DNA of 64,000 nucleotides. It comes from Pedobacter sp. (lineage in GTDB: Bacteria > Desulfobacterota > Desulfuromonadia > Desulfuromonadales > Syntrophotaleaceae). The notes below the pieces were generated by a model. It was not told the DNA's origin. It ran no database searches and worked only from the letters and a program-made list of their open reading frames with translations. Position 1 is the first letter of the stretch. The number at the start of each line of letters is the position of its first letter. Location of the stretch: NCBI GenBank assembly GCA_050253415.1, contig JBFWJC010000002.1, positions 352,001-416,000 of the forward strand, in the 5' to 3' direction. The position numbers and the translations under genes are program-made. Positions 60,339-64,000 of the stretch are shown piece after piece.

Positions 60339-61136
60339 GTGGACGGTAGCCCGTCATGGGAGACGCGGATCATGATAGTTCGAAAATGGCTTGCTCGTTG
60401 CCGGGAACTCTGGCCGGAGGTATGTTTTGCCGGCAGCATCTATATCCTCCTGATCATGCTGTTCAGCCTGTTGCGCGGACTTTTGTTGTGGCGCAACCTT
60501 GGAGTCGCCGCCGATGTGCCTGCGGTCTTGCTGGCGCAAAGCTTCCGGGTTGGCTTGCGATTCGATCTGGCGGTTGCGGCCTATCTGGCCTTGCCTTTAC
60601 TGTTATTGCTGTTATGGCGTCGGGGACGCAGATGGCGTGTTCTTCTGCCGTGTTTTTATGTGCTGGTCGGACTAACGCTGTTGCTGGGGCTGGCAGAGAT
60701 AGAGTTTTATCACGCTGTTGGCAGTAGGTTTAATACCTTGGTGCTGAACGCCATGGGACACCCCTGGCGGTTGGTCCGGCTGCATTGGCAGGCATACCCG
60801 ATGTGGTCTTACCTTTCGTTATGGGGGGGGCTGATGCTTATTGTGATATTGGTCGGTCGCTGGGTGGAAAGAAGTCTACTGGGTTTTCGCGCCCGGCCCG
60901 GGGGGATAAGAGATGACATGCTGCATCTCATGGGATCGGTGGTGGTGCTGGCTTTGCTGGTGATCCTTTCGCGTGGTGGGGTCGGACATCAACCCTTGCG
61001 CCAGGGCGACGCGGTTTTTTGCAAGTCAACATTTGCCAATCAACTGGCCCTCAATGGTCTCTTTGCCTTGGGGCGGTGTGCGTGGGAAGAGCAAAAGCAG
61101 GCGGTACTTATTCCCACCCATCATGCAGCTTATTAG
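60339..61136 (+). CDS. LTA synthase-like membrane domain only (truncated paralog or pseudogene)
   Basis: GLRFDL, EIEFY...SRFN, SRGG and ANQLALNG motifs; stop codon precedes any sulfatase domain. Confidence 0.65.
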   Translation: MDGSPSWETRIMIVRKWLARCRELWPEVCFAGSIYILLIMLFSLLRGLLLWRNLGVAADVPAVLLAQSFRVGLRFDLAVAAYLALPLLLLLLWRRGRRWRVLLPCFYVLVGLTLLLGLAEIEFYHAVGSRFNTLVLNAMGHPWRLVRLHWQAYPMWSYLSLWGGLMLIVILVGRWVERSLLGFRARPGGIRDDMLHLMGSVVVLALLVILSRGGVGHQPLRQGDAVFCKSTFANQLALNGLFALGRCAWEEQKQAVLIPTHHAAY

Positions 61137-61406
61137 TTGTCGTACCTTTCACGGGGCACATGCCGGGAAGGTATTTTGCTTGTATGCCAGCCTTGTATAG
61201 CTAAAATGCAATCTGTTATGCTGCATTTTCCGTAAAAATCGATTTAAGTTCGGCCAGATGCTCTCAACCGTGACTGTCGGTTGCGCAATCTTTCCTTTTT
61301 CTCCTCTCTTGCCCTTATTTATTCAGGCTGTTAGGGTGTTGAAATACGAAACTTGACGATCAGGGCTAGTGTGGACGGTTAACTGACTGCCAGAGACGAG
61401 ACATGT

Positions 61407-62303
61407 ATGAAGATCAAACTTATCGCCAATCCGGCAGCAGGTAGTGCCGCCCGCGATCGGATCAACCGGGCGGTCATGCTGCTTGAACAGCGTGGTGCGA
61501 TCGTCGATGTCGCCTTGACCGGAGCGCGTGGCGATGCCGTGCGGGCTGCAGCTGACGCCCGGCATCAGGACTATGACCGCATTGTAGCGGCCGGTGGTGA
61601 CGGCACTCTCAACGAAGTCATCAATGGCTTGGCGCCGAGCGCTATCCCCCTGGCTTTTATTCCTCTTGGCACCACCAATGTTTTTGCTTTGGAAACGGGA
61701 ATCCCGTTTGACTTGGAAAAGGCATGTGCCCTGGTATTGGATGGAACGTCGCGTTCTATATGTCTGGGGAAGGCTGATGGTCATCGCTTTCTGCTCATGG
61801 CAGGTATCGGATTCGATGCCGAGGTGGTGCGTGGAGTCAGTCTGCCTCTCAAACGGCTGGTTGGAAAAATGGCTTATGTTGTCAGCGGCCTGATCAGCCT
61901 GTGTCGCTATCGACCGCACCTGTTGGAGGTGATGACCGAGGCCGGGGTTCGCCGGCAGGCCTACGGGGTTATCATAAGTAACGGTCGTCTTTACGGTGGT
62001 CGCTTCGTCGTATCGCCCAGTGCTTCCCTGTATAGCAGATCTCTCAGCGTATGCCTGCTGCTGCGTAAAACCCGAATGGGCCTGTTGCGGACCATGGGTA
62101 AGATCGCCGCCGGCCGTCCGTTGCTGGTGGATGAGGCGATACAGTTGCGGGCGCGTAAAATCGTTGTTGGCGGCGCCGGGGTCCCCGTGCAGGTGGATGG
62201 GGATTATCTTGGAGAATTGCCGCACGTATTTCAGGCCACCTTCGGTGAGCTTCAAATGGTACTGCCGCCATGGTCTGCAGATTTGAAAGGCGAAATCCCG
62301 TGA
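61407..62303 (+). CDS. diacylglycerol/lipid kinase family (DgkB/YegS-like)
   Basis: IANPAAG, GGDGTLNEV, PLGTTNVFA, AGIGFDA, QVDGD. Confidence 0.93.
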   Translation: MKIKLIANPAAGSAARDRINRAVMLLEQRGAIVDVALTGARGDAVRAAADARHQDYDRIVAAGGDGTLNEVINGLAPSAIPLAFIPLGTTNVFALETGIPFDLEKACALVLDGTSRSICLGKADGHRFLLMAGIGFDAEVVRGVSLPLKRLVGKMAYVVSGLISLCRYRPHLLEVMTEAGVRRQAYGVIISNGRLYGGRFVVSPSASLYSRSLSVCLLLRKTRMGLLRTMGKIAAGRPLLVDEAIQLRARKIVVGGAGVPVQVDGDYLGELPHVFQATFGELQMVLPPWSADLKGEIP

Positions 62304-62815
62304 GCCGATGTCCCACACCCATATTTGATGGCCGGATTATTTCCGTGGCTCTGGAAGAACATCAACTTCCCGATGGCAGAGTTTCTACCTTTGAAATGGT
62401 CCGACACCCCGGTGGTGCGGCCGCATTGCCGGTGCTGGAAGATGGGCGTGTGATTCTCATTCGCCAGTTCCGGCCGGCAGCCGGTGGCCTGGTATGGGAA
62501 ATCCCCGCCGGACGTCTGGAGACGGATGAGGATCCGGCCGATTGTATTCGGCGTGAGCTGGAAGAGGAAATCGGCTACCGTGCCGGCTCGCTGGAGCCTC
62601 TTTGCAGCATGCTTTCCGCCATCGGCTTTTGTGATGAAAGGGTACACCTGTATATCGCCAGGGATTTGGTGCCGGTACCAAGTGCCCTGGAAGCCGATGA
62701 ATTTATTGAACCGGTCCCCATGCACATGGATACTGCCCTCAGGATGCTGGAAATCGGCGAAATCGTAGATGCTAAGACCCAGCTGGCGTTGTTGTTGGCG
62801 GATCGCCGCCGGTGA
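62300..62815 (+). CDS. Nudix hydrolase, ADP-ribose pyrophosphatase-like
   Basis: RHPGGA, RQFR, EIPAG..E..E....RELEEEIG, DAKT. Confidence 0.9.
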   Translation: MSRCPTPIFDGRIISVALEEHQLPDGRVSTFEMVRHPGGAAALPVLEDGRVILIRQFRPAAGGLVWEIPAGRLETDEDPADCIRRELEEEIGYRAGSLEPLCSMLSAIGFCDERVHLYIARDLVPVPSALEADEFIEPVPMHMDTALRMLEIGEIVDAKTQLALLLADRRR

Positions 62816-62852
62816 TTGGATGAAAACCATTAAATAAAGTCAGGGGTCTTTT

Positions 62853-63764
62853 GTGAGCAGCACCGATACCTATTTTTCCTCCCCGTTGCACCTGCCCTTC
62901 AACAGCAGCTGTCTGCACGAACACTTCCATCACGGTACTCCTGATCAGGAACCCGGTGGGCCCGGATACTGGGTGCTGCTGCGTGGTTCCGAGTTGTTGC
63001 TGCAGCAACATGCCGATGGTGTGCAATTGCCATATGGCGTGCGCTCGCCGGACTGGCCGCTGTTGATCGGTGAATTGTTTGTCGGCATATGGAAGGGGGC
63101 ACCCTGCCGCCTGTTAAATTGGCCGGAGGACATTCCACTGGCGGAGGGTCTTGTTCCCTGCCAGTTGCGCGATTGGGGGACCAGCCTTCCCATTGAGCTG
63201 TTGTCGTTGGGTGGTTTGGCCAACCAGATCTGGCACTGGGAAAGCAATAGCTGTTTCTGCAGTCGCTGCGGCGGACCGATGGTGCGTCTGCCGCGCGAGT
63301 GGGGTAAACGCTGCGAAGCTTGCTCCGCAGTGCACTTCCCGCATATACACCCCTGCGCCATTACTCTGGTGCGCCGTCCCGGCGAAGTGCTTCTGACCCG
63401 CAAGGCGGAATGGCCCGACGGGCATTACAGCCTTGTAGCAGGATTCGTCAATTTTGGTGAATGTCTGGAAGAGACGGCCGTTCGCGAGATCGCCGAGGAG
63501 ACCGGGGTACGGGTCAAAAACCTTCAGTACGTCGGTAGCCAGTGCTGGCCTTTCCCCACCCAGTTGATGGCGGGCTTTATCGCTGATTACGCGGGCGGAG
63601 AGCTGGTTGTCGATTATGGCGAACTGGCTGATGCCCGTTGGTTTTCCGTCGATGCCCTGCCGCTGATGCCTCCGCGGCGCAGTATTTCCCGTTACATACT
63701 CGACAATTATCTGCATATGTCAAGATCCGGCTGCCGCACTGTGCTTCACCTTGACGGTCTGTGA
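62853..63764 (+). CDS. nudC: NAD(H) pyrophosphatase NudC
   Basis: FCSRCG..C..C Zn finger, AGFV..GE.LEE...REI.EETG, SQCWPFP. Confidence 0.9.
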   Translation: MSSTDTYFSSPLHLPFNSSCLHEHFHHGTPDQEPGGPGYWVLLRGSELLLQQHADGVQLPYGVRSPDWPLLIGELFVGIWKGAPCRLLNWPEDIPLAEGLVPCQLRDWGTSLPIELLSLGGLANQIWHWESNSCFCSRCGGPMVRLPREWGKRCEACSAVHFPHIHPCAITLVRRPGEVLLTRKAEWPDGHYSLVAGFVNFGECLEETAVREIAEETGVRVKNLQYVGSQCWPFPTQLMAGFIADYAGGELVVDYGELADARWFSVDALPLMPPRRSISRYILDNYLHMSRSGCRTVLHLDGL

Positions 63765-63892
63765 AAATTCGTAGCAGGTGTCGGGTTTTCCGTCCTTGCG
63801 GGTTGCCGGATGATGAATCTCGGGCAAACTGTAATCAGTAAGATCCTGTTTGTGTGTTAATGGGGCTACTTGCTTGAAGGGGAGATCGGGAC

Positions 63893-64000
63893 ATGTTTAT
63901 GGATTCCATACGTGCGCTGCTGGGGGATAGTCTGTATGAATGGACTTTGCAATTGGGGCAAATGATGGACCGGCTCTGGAGTTCGCTGTTAGTCTGGCGA
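63893..64000 (+). CDS. 5' end of a gene running off the window
   Basis: GGGGAG RBS, ATG and an open frame to the edge (MFMDSIRALLG...). Confidence 0.5.
   Translation, partial: MFMDSIRALLGDSLYEWTLQLGQMMDRLWSSLLVWR

Overview
Core-genome region of a Desulfuromonadales-type deltaproteobacterium. Gene order and content resemble Pelobacter/Syntrophotalea and Geobacter; this taxon assignment is inference. From left to right: a TolC/MacAB-type efflux operon; a stress block (DEAD-box helicase, Hsp20, CD225/dispanin + DUF2752 pair, cold-shock protein); a PAS-GGDEF cyclase; tRNA-Ser(GGA), SRP RNA and dnaX-ybaB-recR; pyruvate:ferredoxin oxidoreductase; mglB-mglA; and a YcbK-type peptidase. Next is a complete ~18 kb MSHA-type type IV pilus locus, interrupted after its first pilin gene by an (AAAAGGGG)10 tract and a dead REP-associated tyrosine transposase. 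Then come proC, a minus-strand housekeeping run (cpoB, lysM, dprA, smg, topA, trmFO, maf, yggS, NSS transporter, gph), a U32 protein, a phosphatase, and a sensor kinase/sigma-54 activator pair followed by a sigma-54 promoter. That promoter precedes LtaS-like sulfatase, PAP2 and truncated LtaS-like genes, followed by a DAG-kinase-family gene and two Nudix genes. The most unusual structure is non-coding: three nested, Russian-doll palindromic elements whose arms are triple 9-nt repeats. One inner family sits inside two different outer families, and two of the copies share 83/84 nt. An orphan arm and a separate 144-nt hairpin element are also present. Together with the RAYT remnant these look like a REPIN-like mobile palindrome system.
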